Positions 1 through 13,145 of a stretch of DNA of 64,000 bases are shown here, one piece after another. The position numbers and the translations under genes are program-made. The notes under the pieces are model-generated. The model was not told where the DNA came from. It was given only the letters and a program-made list of their open reading frames with translations, and made no database searches. The stretch spans positions 5,394,001 to 5,458,000 of the forward strand of contig OX597826.1 in NCBI GenBank assembly GCA_951406725.2. The letters run 5' to 3'. Position 1 is the first letter of the stretch. The number at the start of each line of letters is the position of its first letter. This DNA is from Octopus vulgaris (Eukaryota).

Positions 1-139
1 GAAAAAAGTTGTGATAACATTCATAAAACGTAGAATCAATCGCAATTTCAATAGAACTCATGAACATTTAAATATAAACTCACACATACTCATACACACA
101 TTCAGACACGCACACATTTATGTATTTACAAATGCAATC

Positions 140-172
<33 letters not shown>

Positions 173-1371
173 TGTATGTATGTATGTTTGTATGTATGTA
201 TATGTGAGTATGTATGTAAGTATGTATATATGTTTGTATGTATGTATGCATATATATATATATATATATACACACACTTACATATATATAAGCACATACA
301 TATTCAGATATTTACACACATATGTAAATTATGTATGTATGTATATATATAGAGAGAGACATACATACATACATACCCACAGACACACACACACACACAT
401 ACATATATATATATATGAACACATACGCATACATATATCAACATCAGCCCCTAAATATCATCATTCAGCCCTCCCAAATTACATGATACCATCAAACGAC
501 TTGCTGCTGATATCTGGTGTTATTAATAACATATTAAGATCTCTAACGACTAGTCAGATGACGCTGATAACTTTTTATGGTTTTCCTTTATTGTATTAAT
601 AATAGTTTAGTTATGTTTTACTGTGCGTGTCCATCTTTTTTTATTCCTTTTTGTGTTTCTGATAGGACTGTTTATTAATAATTGTGTGTTTATTATTTTG
701 TTGTTATTTTACATATTTTTTCTTAACTTCTATTATTTATTTTAATTTTTTTTATTCATGTTTGTCTTCCTGTTTTCAGTAGTCGCTTATTTTCGTTTGT
801 TTAACTCTAATAATTTTCCTACTGGGAGTTGATGTTGTAATTATATTTTACATCTTTGTTGTGTTTTAAATTGTAATATTGGTTTCTAAGTTTAGCGTAG
901 ATTCATTATCGTAGGATAATTAGGATGTAGACAATATAATAGACCCACCTTGACCACTGCTGCTTATTTAATCTACAATTTTTTTTTCTGGCGTAGGACG
1001 AGCAAATATAAACGCAAGTGAAATTTGAAGTCAGAATGTTAGAAAAAAACCATATACATCGTATTTACTCATGCACAAAGCAAGTAATTTAATACAAACC
1101 GCCCGAATCATATAAACAGCGAATCATTATTACGGCCTGTGTGAAAAAATTGACAGTAAAATATGATGGAGGGGGGCTCGTTATGTTGTAGGAAATTACA
1201 TTGTTATTATAATAAATTATGCTAATGAGATGAATGAGGCTGCGAGCGGTGAGAGTTGCTAGCGCTTTGGGCAATATGGTTAGAGGCATTTCTGCAACAC
1301 CTTTAGCTTCTGGATTCAAATCCATCCGCGGGCAGCTTTGCTTCATAATTTTGCTTTTTCTTTGTCGTTTA

Positions 1372-1450
<79 letters not shown>

Positions 1451-1788
1451 AGTATGTATGTATATATAAAAAATACAGAAATAGAACAAGAACGCAAAGC
1501 ATGCGGACAGCTAGGTGATGCAAAAAGGGACACCAAATCATCCAGATAGACGATACAAAGAAAACAAGAACGGGTCATATATACATATCTATATATATAT
1601 ATATATATTATATATAGAGGATTTACAGGATAGTACTGTTTATTCAAGAGAAATCTTCCTTAAGATATAGTATATATATATATATTAATTTTATATATAC
1701 CTTATACTGTGGTTATCAACCCGGGATACATATATATATACATGTTTGTCATATTTCCCGATGTCTTCTTATTTAATCCTAAAACAGA

Positions 1789-1871
<83 letters not shown>

Positions 1872-1876
<5 letters not shown>

Positions 1877-2337
1877 ACGCCAAAGTGAAGGCATTTGAAA
1901 GATACACATAAATATAATTTGTTGAACTCTATGCATGCGGGACTCCGGTCAAATGTTATGTATCTAGTTCTGCAAATTATGTTTGTATACGACACACTAT
2001 GCTGATGAGCTTGCAGATTTTCGCGTATGCATATACGTGAATATTAACAAGCGAATCTGATCGGTACATAGGTAATCGTATTTATTTCGTATATTTTCAT
2101 TTGTCTTGCTTATTTTTTACACTTTGGTTTTGTGCTGAGTTTTTTCTTGAGAACACATTCTTCGTGGAAAATAGCAATTTTGACGTCTATATCTAGCATA
2201 TTGACAGTCCACTTTTAGTGGTCAGTCCTTTAAATTTTGTATGTAAAGAATATTTTAATCTTCGGATTTTTTTAATATGCTGGGCCACTGTTTGTAATTG
2301 ATTAATATCAATTTCTACCCTTAATCAATTTTATATT

Positions 2338-2340
<3 letters not shown>
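1872..2340 (+). mobile_element. Hammerhead-bearing non-coding insert (Penelope-like pLTR or retrozyme-like) between two (TA)n tracts
   Basis: Bounded by (TA)n at about 1790-1872 and 2341-2395. Contains the hammerhead motif. The 3' end GGCCACT...AATT..ACCCTT resembles those of the 16.8 kb and 52 kb inserts. Confidence 0.6.
1997..2071 (+). ncRNA. Type I hammerhead ribozyme motif with A15.1>U mutation, in a (TA)n-embedded insert
   Basis: Stem I CTATG(1997-2001)/CATAG(2067-2071). Core CTGATGA 2002-2008. Stem II GCTTG/CAAGC with an internal hairpin. GAAT replaces GAAA. Near-palindromic stem III CTGATCGG, cleavage triplet GTA. Confidence 0.75.
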
Positions 2341-2398
<58 letters not shown>

Positions 2399-2504
2399 CA
2401 TATTGTTGTATTTAGGAATGGTCAATAAAAACACACGTACTATATATTGAGTGTTACTTTGCTTCAGCAGTATTTATTTTTTACATTAATCTTAATGTTA
2501 TTTC

Positions 2505-2548
2505 GACCAGAGTTCTTTCGTCACACTCCTGTGACCGCGTCAGTGGTC
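2505..2548 (-). ncRNA. Minimal type I hammerhead-like motif, variant core CUGACGC-G
   Basis: Minus strand reads GACCA CTGACGC G GTCAC AGGAGT GTGAC GAAA GAAC TC TGGTC. Stems I and II are perfect 5-bp helices. Confidence 0.6.
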
Positions 2549-2852
2549 CTTTGCTTTCTTCTTTCTTATTTGAGTGTCTCTCCTTACTAACCGTCAGCCA
2601 TTTTGTATTTTTATTGTATGTGTCTTCATCGATCGACGTGGATTTTGCGGTGGAGGCGTGCATGGAGATGATCAACGAGAGCGAGGTGTAGTTCCTCATT
2701 GTCAACACAGAGGACCTGGGCTCCTACTTAGACTGACATATGACAACGAATACCTCGATAAACATGATCTTAGTAGTTTCTGCCCCAGTAGACGTTTAAG
2801 AGGTAGACCACCCACAATTACTTCTATGGCTAGGATGACCCATATAGCAAAG

Positions 2853-2896
2853 GATCACTGATGCGGTCACAGGAGTGTGACGAAATAACTCTGGCC
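2853..2896 (+). ncRNA. Minimal type I hammerhead-like motif, variant core CUGAUGC-G (inverted partner of 2505-2548)
   Basis: GATCA CTGATGC G GTCAC AGGAGT GTGAC GAAA TAAC TC TGGCC. Stems I and III are more degenerate than in the partner. Confidence 0.5.
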
Positions 2897-2928
2897 GAAA
2901 TAAGATTAAGATTATATATATGTAGATA

Positions 2929-3067
<139 letters not shown>

Positions 3068-3165
3068 TGTTTTGTTAAGCAGCGTCGATTTTTACAATTC
3101 TGTAAATAATAATAATTGTATTTTATAAGCTCGCTTATAAGCTTTAAGCTCATAATTCAACTATA

Positions 3166-3211
<46 letters not shown>

Positions 3212-4350
3212 TGTACGTATGTAAGTATATATATAAAGTATTTATGTATATTTATATGCGTCACTTTCTCTGAGTATGCATACATGTACATCTTGATTAT
3301 TTGCCAACATTGATATCACATGTCTCATTAGTTATGTCTGAAGTAATGGATGAAATTCACTGAATCCCATTTCCTCTTCAATCCAACTTCTAAACAGTAA
3401 TTTGAAACAACCCTTTTAGTATTACAGACGTTACTACTTGCCGCTTCCAGCCACTTTCAATGAGCTAAAATTCGTTCATTGTGAGCCAGTAATAAAACGC
3501 TCAGTAGTATGCTGAGGTAGAATTCTTCGACTTCTCCCAACCACATCATGTATTATCCCTGTTTATGTTTAATATAATTATATTAGATATATAATGATGA
3601 CCGGGTAGATTTAAATGAGATTAATATTATAGAAAAGTCAAATGGGGTGACTGGTTAGAATATCAAATATTAAGTGTGAGAGTAAAAGAGTGAAGAACTG
3701 GAAGACTGCCTAATTGATACTAATTAGTACACCAATTAAGGTTCTGGCTAAGACGGAAGCAAAAGATGCCAGAACGCATATTTTATCGTTTCTAATTGAC
3801 TACATGATGACGAAATTTTGATTAAGTCATTATTTGTATGTCTATTAGAAAGAGATCTTAGGAGACGATGTATCGCTTTACTATACATGTTTAGTTATGG
3901 CTGAGCAACGAATACTTAAATTCGATCAAAAGAAAGAAACAGTCCAATATATCGGTCACTTTAAATATTTGCACATTCTGTTATGATTGTGTGGCTTTGA
4001 GCTGAAAGTAAATATTATTTTGAATTATCTCAATGCTGTGTCGTGAAATGTCCACAACCCTCAACGAGTCGGGCTATGCTGTCGGCGGAAATTCCACCGT
4101 AGCATTCTATAGCGGGCAAAATCGACAACGCTTACGGTGAAACTGTGGACGTCAGCAAAACGTACTCGCTGGTCTATTGTGGAAGATATTAGGCCCCGTT
4201 ACTTATAGATAATCATCAGAACATTTCTAGATGCGTAGTGGCACTAATGGGTGGGGAAGCGATTATCATTTCGATATAAACTCTACGGGTACGGAAATGC
4301 AGTGACCCGGGCTTGTCCGAGAATTGCAAAGAGAAATGGTAGTGTTCTGT

Positions 4351-4396
4351 GTGCAATAGTTATCTCGTGCAATAGTTATCTGCGTGCAATAGTTAT
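4351..4396 (+). repeat. Short tandem repeat GTGCAATAGTTAT x3 (16-17 bp period)
   Basis: Copies start at 4351, 4367 and 4384. Confidence 0.9.
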
Positions 4397-4483
4397 ACAG
4401 TATCGAGCATCTGTAGTTATATTTGACACGGATGTAGCTTTCTGCCATGGTCTTTGCAAAGATAGCCCCCACTGTATTCTTTG

Positions 4484-4781
4484 TGGTGGTACATGGCCTA
4501 GTGGTTAGAGCAGCAGACTCGCGGTCGAGATATCGCGAGTTCGAATCTCAGACCGGGCGATGTGTGTGTTTATGAGCAAAACACCTAAGCTCCAGGCGGC
4601 TCCGGCAGAAGGTAATGGCGAACTTCTGCTGGCTCTTTCGCCACAACTTTCTCTCACTCTTTCCTCCTGCATCTTCCAGCTCAACTGCGACGGACCGGCG
4701 TCCCGTCCAGGTGGGGAAACTATACGCGAAGGAAACCGGGAAACCGGCCCTCATGAGCCAGGCATGGCTCGAGAAGTAGGA
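4484..4781 (+). mobile_element. tRNA-derived SINE (head type A, tail type 1)
   Basis: A box TGGCCTAGTGG and B box GAGTTCGAATC. Head shared with the 59585 copy, tail shared with 45515-45660. Probable TSD ACTGTATTCTTTG (4471-4483) / ACTGGATTCTTTG (4782-4794). Confidence 0.85.
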
Positions 4782-5284
4782 ACTGGATTCTTTGAACTGG
4801 CAGAATCTATGTATCTAGTAGCCACAGTAAAAGAAGAGTAGTGTTGGACAAGTTGGAACAACTGAAGACAGACAGTTTACACTTTGACCTAGACCGGCAT
4901 CAGCTTTTTTCAAGTCTAACTGGTTAAAGAAACTAAGGTAGATTTTGCCGTCTTACAAATATATAGTCGTGATTAGCAATAATTATTTGAGTGAACGCCT
5001 CTGATCTGAGCATGCTCGTATTGCACTGGAAGATAATGACTTAGAGAGGAGGTTAGTCTCATTGCTAAATTGGCCATGATTTTGCAGGGTTTCCAAGTTC
5101 AGACATCGGTGGTTTGCAATTATTGAGAACTTTACTAGTTAAAACTTTATTGTGGGAATCTTTCTATCTGTTTACGTTAAATTTACATGTAAACATTTGC
5201 TCTTCTCTGTAACTTTGTCCTTCTGATGTCATCGTTTATTTATTGTATCGCTTATATATTTATGATTTATTTATTAGCCCTTTA

Positions 5285-5490
5285 AATTTTGTCACGGCGC
5301 CAGCAATTTCGTGGGGTGGTATAGGTTGCTTACGTTGACTCCAGTGGTCAACTAGTACATATTTTATCTATCCTGAAGGGATGATGTGCAAAATAAACCT
5401 CGGCGGAATTTGAACTCAAAACAGCAAAAAGGACGAAATATTGGCAATCATTTCTCCCGGCCTGCTAACGATTCTGCCACCACACCGCGG
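5285..5490 (-). mobile_element. Degenerate SINE family 3 copy
   Basis: CCTCGGCGGAATTTGAACTCA...GCTAACGATTCTGCCA matches the reverse complement of the 8664 head. Confidence 0.7.
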
Positions 5491-5494
5491 TATC

Positions 5495-5587
<93 letters not shown>

Positions 5588-5670
5588 TATTGTTATTATT
5601 ATTATTATTATCATCATCATCATTATTATCATCATCATTATTATTATTACCATTATTATTATTATCAATA

Positions 5671-5724
<54 letters not shown>

Positions 5725-5726
5725 TC

Positions 5727-5782
<56 letters not shown>

Positions 5783-5895
5783 CATTATTATTATTATCAT
5801 TATTATTATTATTATTATAGTAAGAATAATGATAATGATGATGATAACAATAATAATAACAGCAACAACAATAACGATTATGATGATGATGATAT
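5491..5895. repeat. Compound (CAT)n/(TAT)n/(AAT)n microsatellite
   Basis: Visible trinucleotide runs. Source of the poly-H/Y/L/I ORFs. Confidence 0.95.
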
Positions 5896-6199
5896 TCTCG
5901 TTCTTGCGATTATTAGTATTATTTCTATGGTTATTAGCACTAGAATTATTATAGCTATTATACTTACTATCATTAGTATTTGAGACAGTATTAAAAGTAT
6001 ATAAGAATGGGAAGCGCTAGGAAACAAAAAAGAGAAAGTAGAAGGAGGATAATCACAATGATATAATGACAATGAGGAGAATCAATATCATAATCGTGCA
6101 CGGCTGGGTTACGTTGAAAAGAGGTAAATATGGCCAAATGCAAAGGAAACTGTGATGCAGCCATTGCAACATGTCTCTGCTATATATATATCTCGCTTC

Positions 6200-6231
<32 letters not shown>

Positions 6232-6505
6232 CTATGTGTGTATGTGTATATTATATGTATACATGTAAAAGTATATAATGTTCGCAAAAAACATATATAC
6301 ATGCTCTTAAATATGTACATACATATACATAATATACATATATATATATATATTTATATATCTAAATATAGACATACTTCTAAATATGCGAATACATATA
6401 GATATGTATATATATATATATATATATATGAGCATACATACATACATATATATATATATCTATAAGCATATATATTATACACACACATGTATATATATGT
6501 ATATT

Positions 6506-6542
<37 letters not shown>

Positions 6543-6597
6543 GCATACATATATATATATACTTTTATATATATATATATGTATGTATGTATGCATA

Positions 6598-6635
<38 letters not shown>

Positions 6636-7499
6636 CACACACACAAATGGGCATATACAAATACACACACACATATTTGTATATATACGTGTTTGAATAT
6701 GTGGATGTGTGTGTTTATCTGTTTGTTTTAATCCCAAGCGCAGTCTCCACTTCACAATATACACCGACAATATTGCTAATAACCATCATCTTTACATCGG
6801 TAAGCACCGAAATGACCAAAACGCTCGCACCTCAAGGGATTGTAGAAAATCAAACAGCATTTATGTAAAATAAACACAAGAATATTTATCAATTAATCTA
6901 TCTCTACAACTTTACATCACTCAACTTATCCGTGCATATATATATATATATACATTAATGTACAAACATACAAGCATATATCCACGCACACGGTCTGTGT
7001 AAGTATCTGCCGATTCTTGTATCGGTATGGCTGTGTCTGTGTAAATGTGCGTGATGTGTTCGCAAGAAGGCATCAAGGCATTACAGAATAGATAGAGACT
7101 CATAGAGAAGAGAGAATAGTAGAGAAAATAATCAAGATGGTAAAATAATAACCATGTACTTTTCCAAGTGAAATAAGTGCACCTGTTAAACCTTCTATTA
7201 CTTGCTGAAATAACTGGAATGCACTGGAATACTCTTATTGTTCCAATATAATGTTAATAATAAGTGCTTCTCGTTTATGCACGAGTCTGGAGGTTTGTAG
7301 GAACATGATATATTAGACCGAACTGACGCCATCATACGTCTGCTATTTATTTTATCGCACCGGAGGTGTAGGGTCTTAAGCACCTACACACACACACACA
7401 CGCATACACACACACACACACACGTCCTATGCACGGATGTCTCGGGCTTTGGATCAATTTTTTTATGTTCTGCCGATTAATATTACTAATAATAATTTA

Positions 7500-7700
7500 C
7501 TAAAGCCTGGAATTTTGTGGGAGGTGCTAGTCGATTAAATCGAGTTCAGTGTTCACCTGGTACTTACATTAGGGACCCTGAAAGGGTGGAAGGCGCGTCG
7601 TGCTCAACGGATTTTGAACTCGGAACGCCAAGACTGCTAAAAGCTTCAATGTCGCCAGATATTTCGCACGATGTGGTAACGATTCTCCCAGTTTCCCGCT
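7500..7700 (-). mobile_element. Highly degenerate SINE family 3 copy
   Basis: CTGGTACTT...GACCCTGAAAGGGTGGAAGG...GGATTTTGAACTCGGAACG resembles family 3. Confidence 0.55.
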
Positions 7701-7775
7701 TTATTATTATTATTATTATTATTAATAATTATATATTTTTATGATTTTAGCACAAGTATATCTATATATCTGTAT

Positions 7776-8178
7776 AGGCGTAGGAGTGGCTGTGTGGTAA
7801 GTTGCTTGCTTACCAACCACATGGTTCCGGGTTCAGTCCCGCTGCGTGACACCTTGGGCAAGTGTCTTCTACTATAGCGTCGGGCCGGTCAAAGCCTTCT
7901 GAGTGGATTTGGTAAACGGAAACTGAAAGAAGCTCGTCGTATATATGTATATATGTATGTGTGTGTATATGTTTGTGTGTCTGTCTTTGTCCCCCCAACA
8001 TCGGTTGACAACCGATGCTATTGTGTTTACGTCCCCGTAAATTAGCGTTTCGGCAATAAGAGATGATAGAATAAGTACTAGGCTTACAAAGAATAAGTCC
8101 TGGGGTCGATTTGCTCGACTAAATGACGGTGCTCCAGCACGGCCACAGTCAAATAGCTGAAACAAATAAAAGAGTAAA
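7776..8178 (+). mobile_element. Full-length SINE family 2 (tRNA-like head, internal TA/TG microsatellite, AAAGAGT tail)
   Basis: Head AGGCGTAGGAGTGGCTGTGTGGTAAG...GGGTTCAGTCCC. Homologous copies at 14.3, 14.7-15.6, 43.8, 48.0 and 63.7 kb. Confidence 0.9.
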
Positions 8179-8194
8179 TCAATCAATGTTAGGG

Positions 8195-8540
8195 AAGTGG
8201 TTTCGCCTATTATATCGATCCTGTGCTTATTCACCAGAAATGATGAAAAGTAAGTCAGAAGGTACAGATCGTACAGCCGGAAATAAATGTCACAACGACT
8301 TTTTCCGGCCTGCTAATGACACTGCCGGCTCACCGCCTTTATTAATAGTAATATTTATTTCTACTATAGCCATTAGGATTGAAATTCTGTGGAGAGGTTA
8401 CTATCCGATTACATTGACCCTGTACTCTACAGGTATTTATTTCATTGAACGCGAAAGTATGAAAAGCGAAGTCAACTTCGTCAGGATTTGAACTCCGAAC
8501 ACAAAGGTAAACAAAATACTGATAAATCTTCTGCCCAAAC
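8195..8540 (-). mobile_element. Two degenerate SINE family 3 fragments
   Basis: ATGAAAAGCGAAGTCAACTTCGTCAGGATTTGAACTC and TCCGGCCTGCTAATGACACTGCCGGCTCACCGCCTT motifs. Confidence 0.55.
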
Positions 8541-8663
8541 GTTTTTCTACTATTTAGCCAATGCGAAGTCTTAAGGCGATTCTTTAAGTCGCTCGCACTT
8601 CAACGTAGTTGATATGAAGTATTATGGTGTGACAAAAGTTTTGCAATAATTGCATAGCTACTA

Positions 8664-9019
8664 AGGCGGCGAGCTGGCAGAAACGTTAGCACGCCGGGTG
8701 AAATGCTTAGCAGTATTTCGTCTGTCTTTACGTTCTGAGTTCAAATTCCGCCGAAGTCGACTTTGCCTTTCATCCTTTCGGGGTCAATAAATTAAGTACC
8801 AGTTACGCACTGGGGTCGATGTAATCGACTCAATACCTTTGTCTGTCATTGTTTGTCCCCGCTATGTTTAACCCCTTGTGGGCAGTAAAGAAATAGATAT
8901 TTCGTCTGTCATTACGTTTTAAGATATAATTCCTCCGACTTTCGGAGTCGATAAATTAAGTAGCAGTTGCCCTCTCCATCAAAAATTTCGGGCCTTTTGC
9001 CTAGAGTAGAAAAGAATAT
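8664..9019 (+). mobile_element. SINE family 3, with partial internal duplication
   Basis: Head GGCGGCGAGCTGGCAGAAACG, B box GAGTTCAAATTCC. TSD TTGCATAGCTACTA (8650-8663) / TTGCATAGGTACTA (9020-9033). Confidence 0.9.
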
Positions 9020-9184
9020 TTGCATAGGTACTAGTTTGAAGAGTGAATATCATGCGACCGAAGTAGTTAAAACCATGATAAGTACCCAACAAGATTGTTA
9101 GTATTGTGGTAGTTGGTGCGCCGACGGGTTGAGTGTTACTTCATTTGGTAGGTGATTTGAAAGCCGCACACATTAACGTGCAAG

Positions 9185-9790
9185 GTAGGTGAATGGGGAA
9201 CTTATGACTTACGAGTTCGAACCGGGCCACAACGACGCGAAAGTCACCAAAAACATTTGTAATGAGAAAGATGAAAGCACAGTTGATCAAAGCGCAATGA
9301 GCAGATGGTTCACGAAATTTCGCTGAGATGCAAGCTCCTCGACGATCAGGCATTGTCAGGTAGGCATAAAACCGTAGATTCCAAGGCCGTGATTCAGGCC
9401 ATAGAGGCAAATCCGGTGAGCAACGCTGGGAATGTATCGAATTCACGGATGCATTGGGCGGCGAAAATACCATCCATTGATTAGAAGAATGCGTGTTCTG
9501 CAGCAAGACAGTGCAGATTTTGGGAGATGGGACCATCTCCAGAAACTTGAGAGAATTGAACTGATGACGCAATCAGCATATAGGTTGAACTTAGCTCCAT
9601 TGGATTATTGCTTGTTCCAATCCATGGCCCACTTCCTGTGCTCACGACCTTTCATCAGCCGAAAAAAAAATGTGTAAGCTTCAATGATGGAGTTCTTCGA
9701 ATCGATGAACAAGAACTGGTGTCAACGTGGGATCAAATACCAGGTTGAAAAGTGACTTCAAGCGATGCACACGATACCTTTTACTTCTAA
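9185..9790 (+). mobile_element. Internally deleted, decayed mariner (Tc1/mariner) transposase
   Basis: N-terminal YEFEPGHN..KNIC..RWFTKFR and LDDQALSGRHKTVDS are joined to C-terminal QSAYRLNLAPLDYCLFQSMAHFL (YSPDLAPSDY-like) and EFFES..WCQRGI. Confidence 0.85.
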
Positions 9791-10153
9791 TACCTGGTTG
9801 CCTTTGTTGTATCTTGAATAAAGCAAATACGTTAACAAACTATTTTCAGAACGTTTGACTCAATATATTTTCTTTTAATGACAAAATCTCGCTTGTCCAG
9901 TTTCGGTCTTCCATTATGTACATGGAAAGAGAAAATAGTGTGTGTAAACTCGGAATTGTTTGGTTGGTGTACCCTTGGTATTCCGCTGGTCTGATGACGT
10001 AACTTTCTTTAATTGTATGAATTTGCAAATATACAATTGAAATGTCGAATGCTGAATATACGCATAATGCTTCCATGCTGAAATTAATACTATATTAAAA
10101 AAGATTACAATACAGCCGCAATCCCATTAAGATCAACTCGTTACATGAATATA

Positions 10154-10605
10154 TATTTCTTTACTGCCCACAAGGGTCTAAACATAGAGGGGACAAACAA
10201 GGACAAACAAAGGGATTAAGTCGATTACATCGGCCCCAGTGCGAAAATTGTACTTTATTTATCGACCCCGAAAGGATGAAAGGCAAAGTCGACGTCGGCG
10301 GAATTTGAACTCAGAATGTAACGCCTCAAACTTCAATTCCTATGACTTTGTACCAAATACCTATTTCTTTACTACCCCCAAGGGGCTAAACACAGAGAGG
10401 ACAAACAAGGACAGACAAACGGATTAAGTCGATTAAATCGACCACAGTGCGTAACTGGTACTTATTTAATCGACCCCGAAAGGATGAAAGGCAAAGTTGA
10501 ACTCAGTTGAACTCAAAGTTGAATTTGAACTCAGAACGTAACGACAGACGAAAAACCGCTAAGCATTTCGCCCGGCGCGCCAACGCTTCTGCCAGCTCGC
10601 CGTCT
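10154..10605 (-). mobile_element. Dimeric SINE family 3 insertion with 16-bp TSD
   Basis: Two tandem body units. Perfect TSD TCGTTACATGAATATA at 10138-10153 and 10606-10621. Confidence 0.9.
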
Positions 10606-10707
10606 TCGTTACATGAATATAATTCTCCTCTCAAACTTTAGCCTTTATGATTGCATATATGTGTATGTGTGTTTGTGTATGTGCATGTCTGTATGTAGGT
10701 GCGAGTG

Positions 10708-10956
10708 AAGGCGTCTGATTAAATGGTTAGGGCATTCGTTCATGATTGCGAGGTCGTAAGTTCGCTACCTGCCGGCGCGTTGTATTTTTAGGCAAGACAA
10801 TTTATTTCACATTACTACAGTACATTCAGCTGACAAAAATATGTAGGGCATGTATGAGAAATATCCAGCCTTGCCTCGTTCTGTGTCATGTTGAATATTC
10901 CTGACAACTGCGTTAAAGGTACGCGTGTCTGCATCGTCGTGACTGACTGAGTACTA
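10708..10956 (+). mobile_element. Degenerate tRNA-derived SINE (head type B, tail type 2)
   Basis: GGCG..AATGGTTAGGG head, GGCAAGACAATTTATTTCAC core, and tail CCAGCCTTG...GTTAAAGGTACGCGTGTCTG shared with the 59585 copy. Confidence 0.7.
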
Positions 10957-11044
10957 GTGTGTGTATGTGTGTATGTGTTTGTGTGTAAGTGTGTGTGTAT
11001 TTATGTACGAGTGTGTGCGTGTATGTATATATATATATGTGCGT

Positions 11045-11091
11045 ATATCTAACTATCTAACTATCTATCTATCTACGTAACTATCTCTCTG

Positions 11092-11138
<47 letters not shown>

Positions 11139-11226
11139 ATTTATCTATCTATCTATCTATCTACCTGTCAGTCTTTCTGTCTATCTATCTATCTTTCTTT
11201 CTTTCTATTTATCTATCTATCTATCA

Positions 11227-11290
<64 letters not shown>
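11045..11290. repeat. (TATC)n plus (TA)n microsatellite
   Basis: Visible repeat. Confidence 0.95.
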
Positions 11291-11543
11291 GCAGAAATGT
11301 ATGCGTGAGTTTGAATGACATTTATATGATGATACGTTTTTGTATTATGTTCACGTGCACACATCAACATATATGAATTTGCGCTTATACTAATGCAACT
11401 ACACATTAACTCCCTTATGTTATCTTAAACAAATCCAGTTCCACGGACACAATCATACACAGAAACACGTGAGCACACACGCACAAACACATTCACATGC
11501 AATAATTTTCCTATATACGACCCTATGAATGTGCGTGCGTTAT

Positions 11544-11642
<99 letters not shown>

Positions 11643-12279
11643 TATATGTATGTATGTATACGTATATGTACACACGCACATACACGCACGCACGCATAGA
11701 AATATCGTTCAGGTATAGGCATGGAAGTCTCTAAGTATGTGAGTTTAGATCTACGTCTAAGCTTGCGTAGGAAGTGTGTTGATATTAAATTTATGCTTTT
11801 TATATATATATTTATATTTTTTATTTCTCATTATATCTTATTGTCACTTTCACTCTGTAATCATGTAAATCTATTTTATACATTCCGAATGCTGGAATTA
11901 ACGTGATAAAATACTTAGTGATGCTTCTGTTTGTTAGTTGTAACTGTCATGTGAAAGCTAACTCGTTCATTTGTAGTTGTTTTACTGCAAGTGTTGGTAC
12001 AGGTGGAACAAGTGAAATATATGTATAAATTAAGATGGAAATCACTCACCAAGTAGCGATATATCTTGACTGAGTAGTCACTTAAAGTTTGTTAAGGATG
12101 ATGAAGATGATAAAGATTGTACAGTCGAAATTCAGTATAGCAATTATTGTTTACAACTTCGCTAATTGGCACCATGAACTAAAGAAAATGAGAGCAAATT
12201 ATCTAGTCAGAGAAAATTTATGTCTAATTACATTTCTTTCACTACATTAATATTATGTTTCATTTTATTTTTTCTGACA

Positions 12280-12720
12280 TCATATTCAGTAGCCTTATAT
12301 TTACTTCGTAGATTCAATGCACAACCGAGCGCAGCTGCGTACACCTTACCTAATATCAAATACGTTATTGTTTTCTTCCATTTTTTTTTCTCAGTTGATT
12401 TTACTGCAAGTAATTTCTGTATAGTCCCTAGAAATGCTACTTTCTTGAAACTGGGGATTTCTATTTTAAGTTGTTGGTTCTCAGATACGATTTTGTATGC
12501 ATTTTTTTCTCTTTTATGATTGCACAAACGCTAAATAACATAAGAATTGTTTCGAGTTTTCATATTCTTATTTTTGAAATATCCAGATGTCTGTGTTCTA
12601 ATTATTTCATAATTTCTTTTTTAGTGATATGCTTGCGAAGACTGACAATTCCTTTGGGAAATGGAAGAAATCCATATATTAGTAATCCTTTACAGAAGTA
12701 TCCTGGTTATCAATATTGAT
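12280..12720 (-). mobile_element. Decayed 3' end of an R4/Dong-type non-LTR retrotransposon
   Basis: Minus-strand FKKVAFLGTIQKLL resembles the LQKxALLGTAxILR C-terminus, followed by a putative 3' UTR (GCTGCGCTCGGT...CTACTGAATA). Confidence 0.55.
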
Positions 12721-13034
12721 TCACAGGATTGTGTGGATCAATTAGTATATTCCTGAATAGTGCCGCACCGTCATTCCTCAGACATTTAATTGATTATTTA
12801 TATAATAAAACTTTTAAGATGATAACTTGTATCTTTTACTTGTTTTAATCAACAAACTGAGGTCAGGCGGCGGCATCGCGTTCAAGAATTTTAATAGAAC
12901 GGATTCGGTACCAGTAAGACCTTTTTTATAAACTATGTTACTTATACCTTCGGTACGTAAACACACTAACACCGGTTGTAAAGTAGTTGTGAGGGAAAAA
13001 ACCTCGAAGTCAAACACGCAGGTACATAAAAACA

Positions 13035-13145
<111 letters not shown>

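Larger units (their letters stand above)
2401..2914. mobile_element. (TA)n-embedded insert with 69-bp inverted repeats, each carrying a hammerhead-like motif
   Basis: Arms 2487-2555 and 2846-2914 are near reverse complements. The terminus TATTGTTGTATTTAGGAATGGTCA (2401-2424) recurs inverted at about 55755-55778, also next to TA. Confidence 0.65.
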
